From NCBI GenBank assembly GCA_027348115.1, contig DAIEQA010000212.1:1-32000 (forward strand): DNA of 32,000 bases, given 5' to 3'. Below are positions 14,824 to 27,197 of the stretch, one piece after another (position 1 is the first letter of the stretch; each line of letters opens with the position of its first letter). Origin of the DNA: Ignavibacteriales bacterium. GTDB taxonomy: Bacteria > Bacteroidota > Ignavibacteria > Ignavibacteriales > Melioribacteraceae. Below the pieces are notes generated by a model. It ran no database searches and had not been told where the DNA came from. It saw only the letters and a list, made by a program, of their open reading frames with translations. The translations under genes and the position numbers were made by a program.

Positions 14824-16364
14824 TCGGGCGGCTCGTAAATCTTAAATTCATCGTCGTAGGGGCGGATTTCATCATACAAGCGTTTAAGAGAGTTATATGC
14901 AGTTTCATTTCCGCGCTGGGCGCCTTTTCTATAATACATTACCGCTGTTGCTTTATTTTCTTTAACGCCCATACCTTTCTCATAACATAAACCGAGAGCG
15001 GTTTCGGCAAACACCGAACCTTCATCCGCAATTTGTTTGATGACTTTTATATCGGAGGCAATATTTGTAGAAGTCGAATCGACAATATGGCTTAAAGCAA
15101 TTCTAACTTCAGCTTCTTTGCTTCCTAAATTTTTCGCCATAGTCCAATATTCCATGGCTTTATTCAAATCTTTCTTAACAAGTTTTCCGGATGAATATAA
15201 AAGGCCCATTTCTATCATAGAAGGAATATGTTTTTTATCAACGGCTTTTTTCAAAAAGTCGAGCGCTTGCTGGTTGGTAATTTCGTTGCTGAATCCCAAG
15301 GCAGAAATTGCCGCCCACGCATAAAGCGCGTCCGGATTATTTTCCGTTACTTTCTGTTTTAAAACTCCTTCAAATTCTTTTGACTGAATTAGAGTAAGAA
15401 GATATTCGCCCGCTTTGTAAGAGCCAAGCCGATATGCTCTTAGATAATCCACAGCGGCAAGAACCAGGTTTTTTTCCGTAATTACTCCTTCTTCATAACT
15501 TCTGGCAAAAATTAGCAGGGCTTCAGGACTACCGCTTTCAGCGGCAAATTTTAAAAGACTCATGCCGCTTGTATCTTTGGGCATAAGGTCGGAAGTAAGA
15601 TCATCCAGACCTAAGTAGCGTTTTAACTCCTGCGGTTTTTTGTTCAGTAACTCACTTATCTCTTTACTGCTTCTTGTAGTCTTTTCCTTTTTATTATCGA
15701 AATCGTAGAAATCGACATCCCAATTCGGATTCATCAGGGGAGAAGTATCGTCTACACGGCTGACTATTTTTTCGCTTTCACTCTTGCTTAAGGAATCGGT
15801 TGGAGGAATGAAGCCGTTCTTAACCATTTGCTGCAAAGCTTCGGTTGCCGGTTTATAACCTGTTGCTGCAGATAATTTAAAGTAATGATACGCTTTATTA
15901 AGATCGCGGTTGAGTGTAAGATTATCAGTATAAAGTAATCCCACAGCATATTGAGCTTCGGGTAATCCGGCTTTAGCAGCGTTTTTAAAATTCTGATATG
16001 CATCGTATGGATTCCAAGGAACGCCGATGCCGTTATAAAGTAAAATTCCGTAATTAAAACGGGCAGCAGGAAGATTTTGATCCACAGCTTTTCGAATCCA
16101 ATAAATTGCTTTTACCGTATCCGCAGGAAAGCCGCTCCCAATTAAATAACGAATTCCCAATTCATGCTGTGCAAACGGGTCGCCGCGGTTTGCCTCGGTT
16201 ACAAGAAGGTAGCCGGCAAGCAACGAGTATGAAGGATATTTAGTTGCTACACGGGGAATTTGGGGCGGACGATTATCTTTAAATGCCTGACTCTTTATTC
16301 GTGTAGAATCTTGAGCGCTAATTGAAATGCAAAGGATTAAAAAGATTAAAAATATTCTACGCAA
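14820..16364 (-). CDS. secreted Sel1-repeat (SLR/TPR-like) protein
   Basis: 514 aa, signal peptide MRRIFLIFLILCISISAQ, and repeated Sel1-type units (A..LG..Y..G.GV..D...A..W..KAA..G...A). Its stop overlaps the PP2C stop in the sequence TTAA. Confidence 0.85.
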   Translation of the reverse strand: MRRIFLIFLILCISISAQDSTRIKSQAFKDNRPPQIPRVATKYPSYSLLAGYLLVTEANRGDPFAQHELGIRYLIGSGFPADTVKAIYWIRKAVDQNLPAARFNYGILLYNGIGVPWNPYDAYQNFKNAAKAGLPEAQYAVGLLYTDNLTLNRDLNKAYHYFKLSAATGYKPATEALQQMVKNGFIPPTDSLSKSESEKIVSRVDDTSPLMNPNWDVDFYDFDNKKEKTTRSSKEISELLNKKPQELKRYLGLDDLTSDLMPKDTSGMSLLKFAAESGSPEALLIFARSYEEGVITEKNLVLAAVDYLRAYRLGSYKAGEYLLTLIQSKEFEGVLKQKVTENNPDALYAWAAISALGFSNEITNQQALDFLKKAVDKKHIPSMIEMGLLYSSGKLVKKDLNKAMEYWTMAKNLGSKEAEVRIALSHIVDSTSTNIASDIKVIKQIADEGSVFAETALGLCYEKGMGVKENKATAVMYYRKGAQRGNETAYNSLKRLYDEIRPYDDEFKIYEPPD

Positions 16365-16395
16365 TTATCTATCCAAACTTTGTAACATAAATTTA

Positions 16396-16812
16396 CTAAT
16401 AGAACCACTTTTTTAAAGTGAAATAATTTTTCCCGTTGACAGAATAATAATTCATCTCATCCATCAACTGTTTTATAATGAAAAGTCCCATACCGCTTTC
16501 CGGAAGATTTTGTATATCGTTTGGGTCAAAATCGAGATCATGAACGACAAGACTTTCACGCGGTTTACCTTCGTCAACCATAAGTAGTTCCAGGTAATCG
16601 GAATTTTTCCTGACGGATATATCAATAAAACTGGAATGATCTTCCTGATATGCGTGCTTGATAATATTATTGAGGGTTTCTACCAGGCAAATTTCAGCCG
16701 CATTGCATATATGCTCTTCAACTTCTTCGCCTTTTAAAAAATCCCTTATTGATCTGCTAATTTCGGGAACGACAGCATAATCGCTGATTATATTTACGTT
16801 AAGTTCAATCAA
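16396..16812 (-). CDS. anti-sigma-factor-type serine kinase (RsbW/SpoIIAB-like, HATPase_c_2)
   Basis: 138 aa. N-box ETLNNIIKHAY, then DEGKP and SGMGLFIIKQLMDE. Confidence 0.8.
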   Translation of the reverse strand: MIELNVNIISDYAVVPEISRSIRDFLKGEEVEEHICNAAEICLVETLNNIIKHAYQEDHSSFIDISVRKNSDYLELLMVDEGKPRESLVVHDLDFDPNDIQNLPESGMGLFIIKQLMDEMNYYSVNGKNYFTLKKWFY

Positions 16813-16996
16813 ATGTAAATTAAAAATGATTTTAAATTTATCTGAGTATCATAACTTTGCAGTTCAATATAGAGATTATTTGGATATGTTGAAAATTGAG
16901 CCAGCTAAATTTAATACTTTTGATGGGTGTGAATATTTTAGGAATTGTACTGCGGAGCTGAGCCAGCCAGCAATTATGCCGACCGGCTCATTTAAT

Positions 16997-17197
16997 TTAT
17001 TTTTTCTCTTCGGTTGTAGTCTTGCATGTGGATATTCCAAACGGAACGTAAGCCGGGCAATAACCAACCGCTGCGGTTAAAAGTGGAACAATACCGATTA
17101 ACCCCCACCAGCTTTGGTAAATTAAACCGAGAGCTATAATTACAAGACCTAAAACTACTCTTACAACTCTATCTGCACTGCCGACATTTTTTTTCAT
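16997..17197 (-). CDS. DUF2892/YgaP-like small membrane protein
   Basis: 66 aa, MKKNVGSADRVVRVVLGLVIIALGL...LLTAAVGYCPAY. This is the typical two-helix DUF2892 pattern. Confidence 0.75.
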   Translation of the reverse strand: MKKNVGSADRVVRVVLGLVIIALGLIYQSWWGLIGIVPLLTAAVGYCPAYVPFGISTCKTTTEEKK

Positions 17198-17350
17198 GTT
17201 ACCTCCTTAATGAAATGTTGTGCTAGTTAGATGTTCAAACCACATCATGGATTCATTCGCAATATAATGATAAAGAACTAAAATATTTCCTCGCACCGAT
17301 ACGGGGATGCTAAACTATTATAATCCTAATAACTCCCGGGGATAATCAAT

Positions 17351-18625
17351 CTATTTTATTAGGATTAATTTTTTTACTTCTGAAAAATAACCCGCTTCGA
17401 GTTTATAGAAATACGTTCCGCTGCTTAAATAACTTCCGTCAAAAGTAACTTCGTACCTGCCAGCTTCTTGAAAGCTATTTACAAGTTCGGCAACTTCTTT
17501 AGCGAGCATATCGTAAATTTTTAATCTGACAACCGTCCCTTGTGGTATAGTGTAGCTAATTTTCGTAACCGGGTTAAACGGGTTTGGAAAATTTTGATCG
17601 AGAATAAATTGATTAACATTTTCAAGCAACGCCGAGACCGTCCAGGAATATTCGTAAGCACCGTTAAAGTCGATTTGCCTAAGTCTATATTTAAACTCTT
17701 TTCCGCCTTTGGGTTCGTCCGTAAAAGAATATTCTTTGGGAGAATTACTATTTCCGCTTCCCTGGATAAATCCAATCCTCATCCAATTTTCGCTGCCGGT
17801 TTTTCTCTCAACACCAAAACCGAAATTGTTTACCTCGGTTGCAGTTTGCCAGTTAAGATGTACTTTGTTACCTGATACAGTTGATTCGAAAGAAGTGAGT
17901 TCAACAGGAAGTGGAGCTTGAGACCAATCGGTAGCAACTCGAATACCATCGATGAAAACAATATTTGAGGAAACATCTTGTCTCAAGATAACAACATCTA
18001 GATTTGAAGGATCAGAAGATGTAGTTTCTGTTGTTACGGATAATGTTGGATTCGAATCATCAACAGGTATTGTATTACTTAAAATGTATAGGTAGGCTAG
18101 ATCATTTTTGGCTTCTGCGACAATTGTATACTTTATTACGACTAAATAAGTAGTATTTAGACTATAATCATATCCAGTATAAATTGGGATTCCCGAAGTT
18201 TTACTTAATCCAAAAGCCAGGCTAGATCCGCTTCTTCGTATGTACACCCTTCCGCCAGGAGTATTTGCGCCTGTAGATCCTAAAGCAAATATATAGTAAT
18301 CACTTGACGTCCCTGAATAGGAACCAATAACGTTTACTAAAAATGATGCATAGAGTGTGCCTGAAGTTGTTGTCGTTCCAATTTGTTTATAATAATCATA
18401 ACCAGAACCATTCTCTTGAGCGCATTTTCCTTGATTCGAAGGGTAACTAGTAAAGCTTAAATTATTATTTAGCACATACAGTTCAGTCGGTCCAGAATTA
18501 TAAGCGGTCCAGCCGTTATTGCTTAAAGTAGTTCCCTCTGTGTAATCAAAATTTTCTTCTAGAAGTAATTGACCAAACGAAAGCGAACTTGTCGCTAAAA
18601 TCAAAACTACCAAAATCCTTTTCAT
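17351..18625 (-). CDS. secreted protein with a T9SS C-terminal sorting domain
   Basis: 424 aa with a signal peptide. The C-terminal ~80 aa (NFPNPFNPVTKISYTIP...GTYFYKLEAG...KKLILIK) match the Por_Secre_tail pattern. A mid-domain reads LPVELTSF...W.T.TEVNNFGF.VER. Confidence 0.8.
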   Translation of the reverse strand: MKRILVVLILATSSLSFGQLLLEENFDYTEGTTLSNNGWTAYNSGPTELYVLNNNLSFTSYPSNQGKCAQENGSGYDYYKQIGTTTTSGTLYASFLVNVIGSYSGTSSDYYIFALGSTGANTPGGRVYIRRSGSSLAFGLSKTSGIPIYTGYDYSLNTTYLVVIKYTIVAEAKNDLAYLYILSNTIPVDDSNPTLSVTTETTSSDPSNLDVVILRQDVSSNIVFIDGIRVATDWSQAPLPVELTSFESTVSGNKVHLNWQTATEVNNFGFGVERKTGSENWMRIGFIQGSGNSNSPKEYSFTDEPKGGKEFKYRLRQIDFNGAYEYSWTVSALLENVNQFILDQNFPNPFNPVTKISYTIPQGTVVRLKIYDMLAKEVAELVNSFQEAGRYEVTFDGSYLSSGTYFYKLEAGYFSEVKKLILIK

Positions 18626-18801
18626 ATCTCACCCTCTGATTTGTAAGGAATGCATTAACTGTTCGTCAATACAATAAAGGGAGGACAATAATTTCAATTT
18701 CAATTTAATAAATCTTAGCTAAAAAGAAATAGGAATTATTAAAAAAATTTTTTTGTTCAATAGATAAAGGGACTTTGTGCCCTAATATGAAAGAGGTAAA
18801 T

Positions 18802-19485
18802 ATGAACGTTCTTGAGATCAAATTTAAAATTATCCTTTCGGCAATCGCATTGCTTTCTATGGCATTCGGTTCAAATGCCAATAATAAATTGCACAAGAAC
18901 AACCATGAAGAAAAATTAGAGGCGTTAGGAAATAGTATGAATACAGACAAATATGAAGTGGCTACGTTTGGAGAAGGATGCTTTTGGTGTACCGATGCAG
19001 TTTTCCAAAGACTAAAAGGAGTTGTAAAAGTTGAAAGCGGTTACAGCGGAGGCACCGTACCCAATCCAACGTACGAAGCTGTGTGCACGGGGAAAACCGG
19101 TCATGCCGAGGTAACACAAATTACTTATGATCCTTCTCAAATTTCTTATACAGAACTTTTGCGCGTGTTTTGGAACACTCACGATCCAACAACGCTTAAC
19201 CGGCAAGGCCATGATATAGGCACGCAATACCGTTCAATAATTCTGTACCATAACCAAGGACAAAAAGAACTCGCAGAGAAATATAAACACGAACTTGTTT
19301 CAGCAAAAGTTTGGAGTAATCCGATTGTTACCGAGATTGTTCCATTTAAAAAATTCTACAAGGCAGAAGACTACCATCAAGATTATTACAACCGCAACGG
19401 GAATCAACCTTACTGTTCTTTCGTAATCACTCCGAAACTCGAAAAGTTTGAAAAGGTATTTGCAGATATGTTAAAGAAAAATTAG
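18802..19485 (+). CDS. msrA: peptide-methionine (S)-S-oxide reductase MsrA, with signal peptide
   Basis: Active-site motif [13 protein letters not shown] plus conserved GHAEV and YHQ(D)YY. The start is taken at ATG 18802, after GAGG. Alternatives are ATG 18787 and TTG 18775. Confidence 0.9.
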   Translation: MNVLEIKFKIILSAIALLSMAFGSNANNKLHKNNHEEKLEALGNSMNTDKYEVATFGEGCFWCTDAVFQRLKGVVKVESGYSGGTVPNPTYEAVCTGKTGHAEVTQITYDPSQISYTELLRVFWNTHDPTTLNRQGHDIGTQYRSIILYHNQGQKELAEKYKHELVSAKVWSNPIVTEIVPFKKFYKAEDYHQDYYNRNGNQPYCSFVITPKLEKFEKVFADMLKKN

Positions 19486-19727
19486 GAACAGAATTTTTGT
19501 GAAGCCAATAATTAATATCAGTTCCTCTCATTAAAAATTTTTTAAGGTAATTTTGATGAATCCACTTGATAATTTCGGTTATAATTTTAAATTGACTCCA
19601 CAATTTTAGAGACTTATTCAAAATCCTTTAAAATGTAGACTACGTTTTGTTTTTTATCCTGTAATCTTGAATTATTTTCCATTTGAAGTAAGTTGAAAGA
19701 GGACCTTTTCAGCAGGGAGTATTACAT

Positions 19728-22700
19728 ATGTCCATACTTAATGATGAGCAGAGCAACTTTATCTTGGATGATAAAGAACCTGAAATAAAACAAACCGGAA
19801 TGTATCATTCCTCTTTTGAGCACGATGCATGCGGAATGGGTTTTGTCGCGGATGTTAAAGGAAGAAAATCCAGATCGATTATTGATAAAGGTCTGGACAT
19901 TCTAAAAAATCTTGAACACCGGGGCGCGGTTGGTGCGGATCCCAATACAGGCGATGGTGCCGGCATTCTAATTCAGATGCCCGATGAATTCCTGCGAAAA
20001 GTAACCGCTGAAAAAAATATTAAACTACCTGCCGAAAGACGATACGGCGTTGGTATGGTATTTCTTCCACAAAATGCAATACTTCGTAAATCTGTTGAAA
20101 ATATCATTGAGAAAATTATTATTGATGAGGACCAAAAATTTTTGGGATGGCGCGATGTGCCAGTAGATCCAACGGTACCGGGTAAAGGTGCTCAATCTAC
20201 CCAACCGTTTATAAGGCAATGCTTCATCGGTGCAAATAAAAAGTTGGCAACTCATGACGACTTTGAAAGAAAACTTTATCTTATAAGAAGAATGATCGAT
20301 CAGCGCGTCCGCGCGGAATTAAAACTCGATCGAAGCAAATATTATGTGCCGTCTTTCTCCAGCAAGGTTTTAATTTATAAAGGAATGCTTCTCGCTCCGC
20401 AGATGCTCGCCTTCTATAAAGACCTTAGCGACCCCGATATGAAATCGGCGATGGCTATGATTCACATGAGATTTTCCACAAACACTTTTCCTACATGGGA
20501 TTTGGCTCATCCGTTTAGAATGATTGCGCACAACGGAGAGATCAACACTCTCCGCGGAAATAAAAACTGGATGGCTGCACGCCAGCACGTTATGGAATCT
20601 CCGTACTACGGAAAAGATTTGAGAAGAATGCTTCCGATCATTATGGAAGGGCAAAGCGATTCCGCAACTTTCGACTCCGTACTCGAATTATTGGTAATGA
20701 GCGGAAGAAGTCTGCCGCACGCGATGATGATGATGATTCCCGAAGCCTGGTCAAAAAATGATTTGATGGACCCGGATAGACGAGCTTTTTACGAATACCA
20801 CGCAACAATGATGGAACCGTGGGACGGACCTGCGGCAGTTGTGTTTACAGATGGAAACATTATCGGCGCGACATTAGACAGAAACGGTTTGCGTCCATCC
20901 CGTTATGTTGTTACCAAGGACGACTTGGTAGTTCTTACTTCCGAAGCCGGCACGTTCAGCGTTGACGCTGAGAATGTAGCCGTAAAAGGAAAACTCCAGC
21001 CTGGTAAAATGTTCATACTCGATTTGAAGCAGGGAAGAATTATTTCCGACGAAGAAATTAAGAAAGACATTGTTACCCGTCAGCCCTATAAAAAATGGGT
21101 TAACGAAAACATGATTAAGTTAAGCCACCTTCCTACACCGGATTATATCTACAATGCCGATTTCGATACACTTTTAATTCGCCAAAGAATTTTCGGTTAC
21201 ACCAAGGAAGACCTGATGCAGGTAATGCTGCCTATGGCAGTTACCGGTCAAGAAGCTGTCGGATCGATGGGAACTGACGCCGCACTTGCTGTACTTTCGG
21301 ATAAACCTCAGATGCTGTTCAGATATTTTAAACAGTTGTTCGCGCAAGTAACCAATCCTCCAATCGATGCAATACGCGAAGAACTTGTAATGGAATTAAC
21401 TACCTATGTAGGACCGGAACAAAATCTTTTAGGCGAGACACCGCAGCATGCTCATCGGCTGGAACTTGAGCATCCGTTGCTCTCAAATTCCCAGATGGAA
21501 AAGATTCGCCACATAGCGAAAGGACATTTTAAATCAATTACGATTCCGCTACTTTTCAATCCGTTTGAACGCCACGACATGCGTGACCGCCTCGACGCCA
21601 TTTGCCAGGAAGTAGTTGATGCGGTAAAAGCCGGCAACTCGCTTATAATTCTTTCGGATAAAGGAACAGATAGAGGTCATGCGGCTATTCCGAGTTTATT
21701 GGCTACGGCTGCAGTTCATCACGCTCTGCTTCGCGCCGGATTGAGAACAAAAACCGGAATTATTGTAGAAAGCGGCGAGCCGAGAGAGGTTCATCACTTT
21801 GCGTTACTTTGCGGTTACGGCGCTAACGCAATTAATCCATACGTAGCTTATGAAACGCTTGCTTATCTAACAGAAAAAAAATTCCTGCCTGAAGGAATGG
21901 ATTACAAAAAAGTGAAAGACAATTTTGTTAAAGCGGTGAGCAAAGGTCTTTTCAAAATTTTCAGTAAAATGGGAATCAGCACGCTTCAATCTTACTGCGG
22001 AGCGCAGATATTCGAAGCTGTAGGATTGGATACCGAAATTGTTGAAAAATATTTTGCCGGAACGCCGACGCGCATCGAAGGATTGAGTCTTGAAATGTTG
22101 GAAGAAGAAACTGTACGGCGTCATAAGCACGCTCTCGATCCGCAAATTGATCAGAGTACGTTGGATGTAGGAGGTCTCTATCAATACAGAAGAGACGGAG
22201 AAGATCACCTGTGGAATCCTCTGACAATTTCAAAATTGCAGTTGAGCACTCGACGGAACGACTACAAAACTTTTAAAGAATACACCGAGCTAATCAACAA
22301 TCAAAACAAAAAGAGAGTTACACTGAGAAGTTTATTCGAACTTGATACGGCCGGGAAACAAATCCCAGTTGAAGAGGTCGAACCGGCTTCGGAAATAGTA
22401 AAAAGATTTTCTACCGGTGCAATGAGTTTCGGGTCGATATCCCGCGAAGCGCACACTTCGCTTGCGGTTGCAATGAACAGAATTGGCGGAAAATCAAACA
22501 CGGGCGAAGGCGGCGAAGAAGAAGAAAGATTTAAAACACTTCCTAACGGCGACAGCATGAGATCTGCCATAAAGCAAGTTGCATCCGCCCGCTTTGGTGT
22601 AACTGCCAACTACTTGGTCAATGCCGATGAACTTCAAATCAAAATGGCTCAAGGCGCAAAACCGGGAGAAGGCGGACAACTGCCGGGACATAAAGTAGAC

Positions 22701-24335
22701 AAGATAATCGCCAGGGTTCGTCACAGCACTCCAGGTGTTACGCTGATTAGCCCCCCGCCACATCATGATATTTACTCAATCGAGGACTTGAAGCAGTTAA
22801 TCTTCGACTTGAAGAATATTAATCCCAAAGCGCGAATAAGTGTTAAACTTGTTTCAGAAGTAGGAGTAGGTACAATTGCTGCCGGTGTTGCAAAAGCTCA
22901 TGCCGATCATATTTTAATAAGCGGACACGACGGCGGTACCGGCGCAAGTCCAATCTCATCTATTCAATATGCGGGAACGCCTTGGGAATTGGGCCTAAGC
23001 GAAGCTCACCAGACTCTTGTTCTGAACGGATTGCGCGACAGAGTTTACCTTGCAACCGACGGCCAGTTGAAAACGGGTCGCGATGTAGTTATAGCAGCGC
23101 TTCTTGGCGCCGAAGAATTCGGATTCGCAACAGCGCCGCTTGTTACTCAAGGATGCATAATGATGCGCAAGTGCCATCTCAATACCTGTCCGGTAGGAGT
23201 CGCAACTCAAGATCCCGAGCTAAGAAAAAAATTCACCGGCAAACCGGAATATGTAATCAACTTCATGTTCTACATTGCCGAAGAAGTAAGAGAGTTGATG
23301 GCTCAGCTCGGTTTTCGAAAGATGAATGAAATGATTGGTCAAACCGATAAAATTATTCCGATCAGACTTCATGATCACTGGAAAGCCCGCGGCCTCGATC
23401 TTTCAAAGCCGTTGTTCAAAGCAACATCGTTGTATGATACTAATCTTTATAGAACACGCGGGCAAGATCACGGCATTGATAAACAGCTCGATCTCGAATT
23501 TATAAATGAGGCAGCGCCGGCACTGGAAAACAAAACTCCGGTTAATATTAAAACGAGAATAAGAAACATTCATCGTACAGTTGGCGCTATGCTCTCAAGC
23601 GAGATAGCCAAAAAATATGGCGAAGGAGGTTTACCGGACAACACAATCAATATTCAATTGCGCGGAACAGCGGGACAAAGCTTCGGCGCATTCCTTGCAA
23701 AAGGAATTGAACTGGATTTGACCGGCGAGGCGAATGATTATCTTGGCAAGGGTCTTTCCGGAGGAAGATTAATCGTAAAGATTCCTCCCGAAGTTACATT
23801 CGATCCGGCAGAAAATATTATTGCAGGCAACACATGTTTATACGGCGCCACCAGCGGCGAAGCTTATGTCAATGGTGTCGTAGGGGAAAGATTCGGCGTT
23901 CGAAATTCCGGCGCGTATGCCGTTGTTGAAGGAGTCGGTGATCACGGTTGCGAATACATGACCGGAGGAAGAGTTGTGGTAATAGGAAAAACCGGAAGAA
24001 ATTTCGGCGCGGGCATGTCCGGCGGCATTGCTTATGTCTGGGATCCTTCAAAGGAAGGAACAAAATATATCAACCGGGAAATGGTCGACGTTGAATATTT
24101 GATTTACGACGAAGACGTTGCCGAAGTTAAAAACATGGTTGAGAAACATTTCAAATACACGGGATCCAAACGTGCGGAATTTATTTTGAACAACTGGGAT
24201 AAAGAGAAAGATAATTTCTGGAAGATAATTCCCGGCGAATACAAGAAAGCGTTGGCAAGGATGGCTAAAGAAGAAGATGCAAAAAAATCCAACGCCGGTA
24301 AAGAAATTGAGATGGAGGAAACATTACATGGGTAA
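19728..24335 (+). CDS. gltB: glutamate synthase large subunit
   Basis: 1535 aa. N-terminal Ntn amidotransferase Cys ([10 protein letters not shown]), an FMN/Fe-S central domain, and a C-terminal GXGXG beta-helix domain (GQSFGAF...[11 protein letters not shown]). Confidence 0.97.
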   Translation: MSILNDEQSNFILDDKEPEIKQTGMYHSSFEHDACGMGFVADVKGRKSRSIIDKGLDILKNLEHRGAVGADPNTGDGAGILIQMPDEFLRKVTAEKNIKLPAERRYGVGMVFLPQNAILRKSVENIIEKIIIDEDQKFLGWRDVPVDPTVPGKGAQSTQPFIRQCFIGANKKLATHDDFERKLYLIRRMIDQRVRAELKLDRSKYYVPSFSSKVLIYKGMLLAPQMLAFYKDLSDPDMKSAMAMIHMRFSTNTFPTWDLAHPFRMIAHNGEINTLRGNKNWMAARQHVMESPYYGKDLRRMLPIIMEGQSDSATFDSVLELLVMSGRSLPHAMMMMIPEAWSKNDLMDPDRRAFYEYHATMMEPWDGPAAVVFTDGNIIGATLDRNGLRPSRYVVTKDDLVVLTSEAGTFSVDAENVAVKGKLQPGKMFILDLKQGRIISDEEIKKDIVTRQPYKKWVNENMIKLSHLPTPDYIYNADFDTLLIRQRIFGYTKEDLMQVMLPMAVTGQEAVGSMGTDAALAVLSDKPQMLFRYFKQLFAQVTNPPIDAIREELVMELTTYVGPEQNLLGETPQHAHRLELEHPLLSNSQMEKIRHIAKGHFKSITIPLLFNPFERHDMRDRLDAICQEVVDAVKAGNSLIILSDKGTDRGHAAIPSLLATAAVHHALLRAGLRTKTGIIVESGEPREVHHFALLCGYGANAINPYVAYETLAYLTEKKFLPEGMDYKKVKDNFVKAVSKGLFKIFSKMGISTLQSYCGAQIFEAVGLDTEIVEKYFAGTPTRIEGLSLEMLEEETVRRHKHALDPQIDQSTLDVGGLYQYRRDGEDHLWNPLTISKLQLSTRRNDYKTFKEYTELINNQNKKRVTLRSLFELDTAGKQIPVEEVEPASEIVKRFSTGAMSFGSISREAHTSLAVAMNRIGGKSNTGEGGEEEERFKTLPNGDSMRSAIKQVASARFGVTANYLVNADELQIKMAQGAKPGEGGQLPGHKVDKIIARVRHSTPGVTLISPPPHHDIYSIEDLKQLIFDLKNINPKARISVKLVSEVGVGTIAAGVAKAHADHILISGHDGGTGASPISSIQYAGTPWELGLSEAHQTLVLNGLRDRVYLATDGQLKTGRDVVIAALLGAEEFGFATAPLVTQGCIMMRKCHLNTCPVGVATQDPELRKKFTGKPEYVINFMFYIAEEVRELMAQLGFRKMNEMIGQTDKIIPIRLHDHWKARGLDLSKPLFKATSLYDTNLYRTRGQDHGIDKQLDLEFINEAAPALENKTPVNIKTRIRNIHRTVGAMLSSEIAKKYGEGGLPDNTINIQLRGTAGQSFGAFLAKGIELDLTGEANDYLGKGLSGGRLIVKIPPEVTFDPAENIIAGNTCLYGATSGEAYVNGVVGERFGVRNSGAYAVVEGVGDHGCEYMTGGRVVVIGKTGRNFGAGMSGGIAYVWDPSKEGTKYINREMVDVEYLIYDEDVAEVKNMVEKHFKYTGSKRAEFILNNWDKEKDNFWKIIPGEYKKALARMAKEEDAKKSNAGKEIEMEETLHG

Positions 24336-25785
24336 ACCAACCGGATTCATGGAATATAAAAGAGAAATTCCTAAAAAAATTGCAGTTCAGGAAAGAATAA
24401 AAAATTACAACGAGTTCGAGTTTGAGTTCACACAGGAAGAAGCAAAGACTCAAGGCGCCCGCTGTATGGAATGCGGTATTCCTTTTTGTCACGGAGAAAC
24501 CGGCTGCCCGGTTCAAAATTATATCCCGGAATGGAATGATCTTGTTTATAAAAATCATTGGAAAGAAGCGCTTGAGAACCTTCACTCAACGAATAACTTT
24601 CCGGAATTTACCGGACGGCTTTGCCCGGCACCGTGTGAATCTGCATGTACACTCGGCATAAACGAGTTACCTGTTACAATAAAATCGATTGAGCGGACAA
24701 TCATTGAAAGAGGATTCAAAGAAGGATGGGTTAAACCGAGAATGCCTCATGTAATGAGCGGTAAATCCGTTGCGATTGTCGGTTCGGGACCAGCTGGATT
24801 GGCTGCGGCTCAGCAGCTTGTTCGCGCGGGCCACTCGGTTACTGTTTACGAAAAGAACGACCGCATCGGCGGACTGCTTCGTTACGGCATTCCCGATTTC
24901 AAACTCGAAAAAAATTTCATCGACAGACGCATGAAGCAGATGGCCATTGAAGGAGTTGTATTCAAAACAAAAGTTAATGTTGGAAAAGATATCTCCGCCA
25001 AAGAATTAATTGACACACACGACGCCGTAATATTAGCCGGGGGTTCCGAGCGGCCGCGCGATATTTCTGTTCCCGGAAGAGATTTGAAAGGCATTCACTT
25101 TGCTATGGAGTATTTAACTCTTCAAAATAAATTAAATGCCGGCGATAACATTACGCACGTTATCAGCGCTAAAGACAAGGATGTAATTGTTCTTGGCGGC
25201 GGCGATACGGGTTCGGATTGCGTTGGAACTGCTAACCGGCAGGGCGCAAAATCAATTACTCAAATAGAATTACTTCCGCAACCGCCGGCAGAAAGGCCGG
25301 AATTTACTCCCTGGCCGTACTGGCCGATGATACTCCGCACTTCATCAAGTCATGAAGAAGGCGCAGAAAGAAAATGGAGTATCAACACAAAAGAATTTAT
25401 AGGTAACGATAAAGGCGAAGTATCCGGATTGAAATGTATTCAAATAATATTTGAAGGCGGAAAAATAGTTGATGTGCCGGGAACCGAATTTGAATTGAAA
25501 GCGGATTTGGTTTTAATTGCAGCAGGTTTTGTTCATCCGGAAAAGAACGGATTAATAGATGAGCTTGTAAAATTAGGAATGGAGCTTGATTCAAGAGGCA
25601 ACGTAAAAGCCGATTTCGGTGATGACGATTGCGCACATGTAACTTCATTACCAAAAGTATTTGCTTGCGGCGACATGAGGCGCGGGCAATCGCTGGTTGT
25701 CTGGGCAATAGCCGAAGGAAGAAAATGCGCGGCGGCAGTTCATAAAGCATTGACTGAAGTATATTCAGACGCAAGCGGCGTGTAG
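24328..25785 (+). CDS. gltD: glutamate synthase small subunit (NADPH)
   Basis: The start ATG at 24328 overlaps the gltB stop (ATGGGTAA). Fe-S Cys clusters [10 protein letters not shown] and CPAPCESAC, and dinucleotide fold [14 protein letters not shown]. Confidence 0.95.
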   Translation: MGKPTGFMEYKREIPKKIAVQERIKNYNEFEFEFTQEEAKTQGARCMECGIPFCHGETGCPVQNYIPEWNDLVYKNHWKEALENLHSTNNFPEFTGRLCPAPCESACTLGINELPVTIKSIERTIIERGFKEGWVKPRMPHVMSGKSVAIVGSGPAGLAAAQQLVRAGHSVTVYEKNDRIGGLLRYGIPDFKLEKNFIDRRMKQMAIEGVVFKTKVNVGKDISAKELIDTHDAVILAGGSERPRDISVPGRDLKGIHFAMEYLTLQNKLNAGDNITHVISAKDKDVIVLGGGDTGSDCVGTANRQGAKSITQIELLPQPPAERPEFTPWPYWPMILRTSSSHEEGAERKWSINTKEFIGNDKGEVSGLKCIQIIFEGGKIVDVPGTEFELKADLVLIAAGFVHPEKNGLIDELVKLGMELDSRGNVKADFGDDDCAHVTSLPKVFACGDMRRGQSLVVWAIAEGRKCAAAVHKALTEVYSDASGV

Positions 25786-26144
25786 CAATAATAATATTTA
25801 CGATACAGGATTAAATCCTGCATCAATTAACTCATACATACGATTCTGAATTTTCCTTTCACGGAAGGCTCCATCGCATTCTGTTCCTAAAATATACAAA
25901 CTCCAATTGTTGAAATCACTGTTTAGTTTTTTCACCATTTAAAATGGTCACAAATTTTTCCACGAATCTTTTCAGTGTTTCAAGTGTCAAAGCAATAGAA
26001 ACAAAAAAATGGTGAAGCCAGCCGTGACCTCGTTAAAACATATAAATATTTTAATTGCAATAAATCAAAAGTTATCTCGTAATCAAGCGGAGGAACGTGC
26101 ATAAAATTTTCTACTGTCTATTATAATTAAAAGGAGGTATTATA

Positions 26145-27179
26145 ATGTTCAGAGAAGATAATTCGCTGCGCGGGGAAGAAATACAATCCGTTAATAATAA
26201 TTTATGGGGAGTTATTCTTGCCGGTGGTGAGGGCAAGAGATTGAAAAACCTGGTGGAACGTATGTACGGCTATCATAGACCAAAACAGTATTGCACTATT
26301 GTGGGATCGAAATCGTTAATTCAACATACTATAGAACGCGCATCGATGATAATACCTCACAGAAGAATTTTAACCGTAGTCAATAAAAGTCATTCAAGAT
26401 ATATTAAAGAAGAATTAAACCTTAGACCGGAAGAAACAATCATTGTCCAACCTTGTCCTCGCGAAACAAGCGCTGGGATTCTTCTTCCGGTCTCGAAAAT
26501 TTATAGATCCGACCCGGGTTCGACAGTGACAATTTTTCCTTCCGATCATTTTATCTTGGAAGAGAACAAATTCATTAACTATGTCAAGGAAGCGAGCATC
26601 TTCGTCGAAAAGAACCCGGAATTAATTGTAATGATTGGCGTTCGCCCGGACCGGATTGAATCCGGTTTGGGATGGATTCAGCAGGGGGAAGAAATAAGTT
26701 ACGGCACAGAACATAAATTTCATAAGGTAGATAAATTTTGGGAGAAGCCGGATTTAACAACAGCGGCTTCTCTTTTTAAGAATGGAAGTTTAATCAATAC
26801 ATTTATTGTTGTTGCTAAAAGCGGAACCATTCTTCAACAAATGCATTTCCGCCTTCCTCATTTAATGCAATCCTTCGAACCGATATATGAAAACATCGGA
26901 ACGGTAAACGAGGAAATAGCTATTGACAAATATTTCAAATTCATTCCCGAAATAAATTTTTCCAAAGATTTTTTGGAAAAGATCGGACCAAATCTTGCGG
27001 TGCTGGAAATTCCGGATATTTACTGGAGCGACTGGGGCGAAGAACAAAGAGTTGCTTACGATATCGAAAGGTTTAATCTTTCATTTGCAAAAAATATTGA
27101 CCGGCAAGCAGATGATTCCGAACTGCTTTATACGGTTATAAAATCCGAACCGATTGATAATTTCCAATTAAGCCGGTAA
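26145..27179 (+). CDS. sugar-phosphate nucleotidyltransferase (mannose-1-phosphate guanylyltransferase-like)
   Basis: 344 aa. N-terminal NTP-transferase signature GVILAGGEGKRL. A strong AAGGAGG lies upstream. Confidence 0.8.
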   Translation: MFREDNSLRGEEIQSVNNNLWGVILAGGEGKRLKNLVERMYGYHRPKQYCTIVGSKSLIQHTIERASMIIPHRRILTVVNKSHSRYIKEELNLRPEETIIVQPCPRETSAGILLPVSKIYRSDPGSTVTIFPSDHFILEENKFINYVKEASIFVEKNPELIVMIGVRPDRIESGLGWIQQGEEISYGTEHKFHKVDKFWEKPDLTTAASLFKNGSLINTFIVVAKSGTILQQMHFRLPHLMQSFEPIYENIGTVNEEIAIDKYFKFIPEINFSKDFLEKIGPNLAVLEIPDIYWSDWGEEQRVAYDIERFNLSFAKNIDRQADDSELLYTVIKSEPIDNFQLSR

Positions 27180-27197
27180 AAAGCCGGTTTTCTTATT
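27170..27197 (+). terminator. putative intrinsic terminator of the nucleotidyltransferase gene
   Basis: AAGCCGG-taaaaag-CCGGTTT followed by TCTTATT. The stop codon lies in the loop. Confidence 0.5.

Noticed and set aside
16826-17080. ORFs of 84 aa (+) and 63 aa (-) between the RsbW-like gene and the DUF2892 gene. I checked whether either could be the missing STAS antagonist.
   Set aside because: Neither shows any STAS-like sequence. They overlap each other and the 3' end of the DUF2892 gene, and they have no ribosome-binding sites.
24277-24327. Upstream extension of gltD ([17 protein letters not shown]...).
   Set aside because: It lies inside the gltB coding region in another frame. The canonical GltD N-terminus, [10 protein letters not shown], starts at 24328 and overlaps the gltB stop.
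20025-24585. Many 60-115-aa ORFs antisense to or out of frame with gltB/gltD. Similar ones lie inside the acyl-CoA ligase, ccmF, Sel1, T9SS-protein and receptor genes.
   Set aside because: These are shadow ORFs within long, motif-supported genes. Their composition is skewed (Arg/Ser/Leu-rich) and I recognise no motifs in them.
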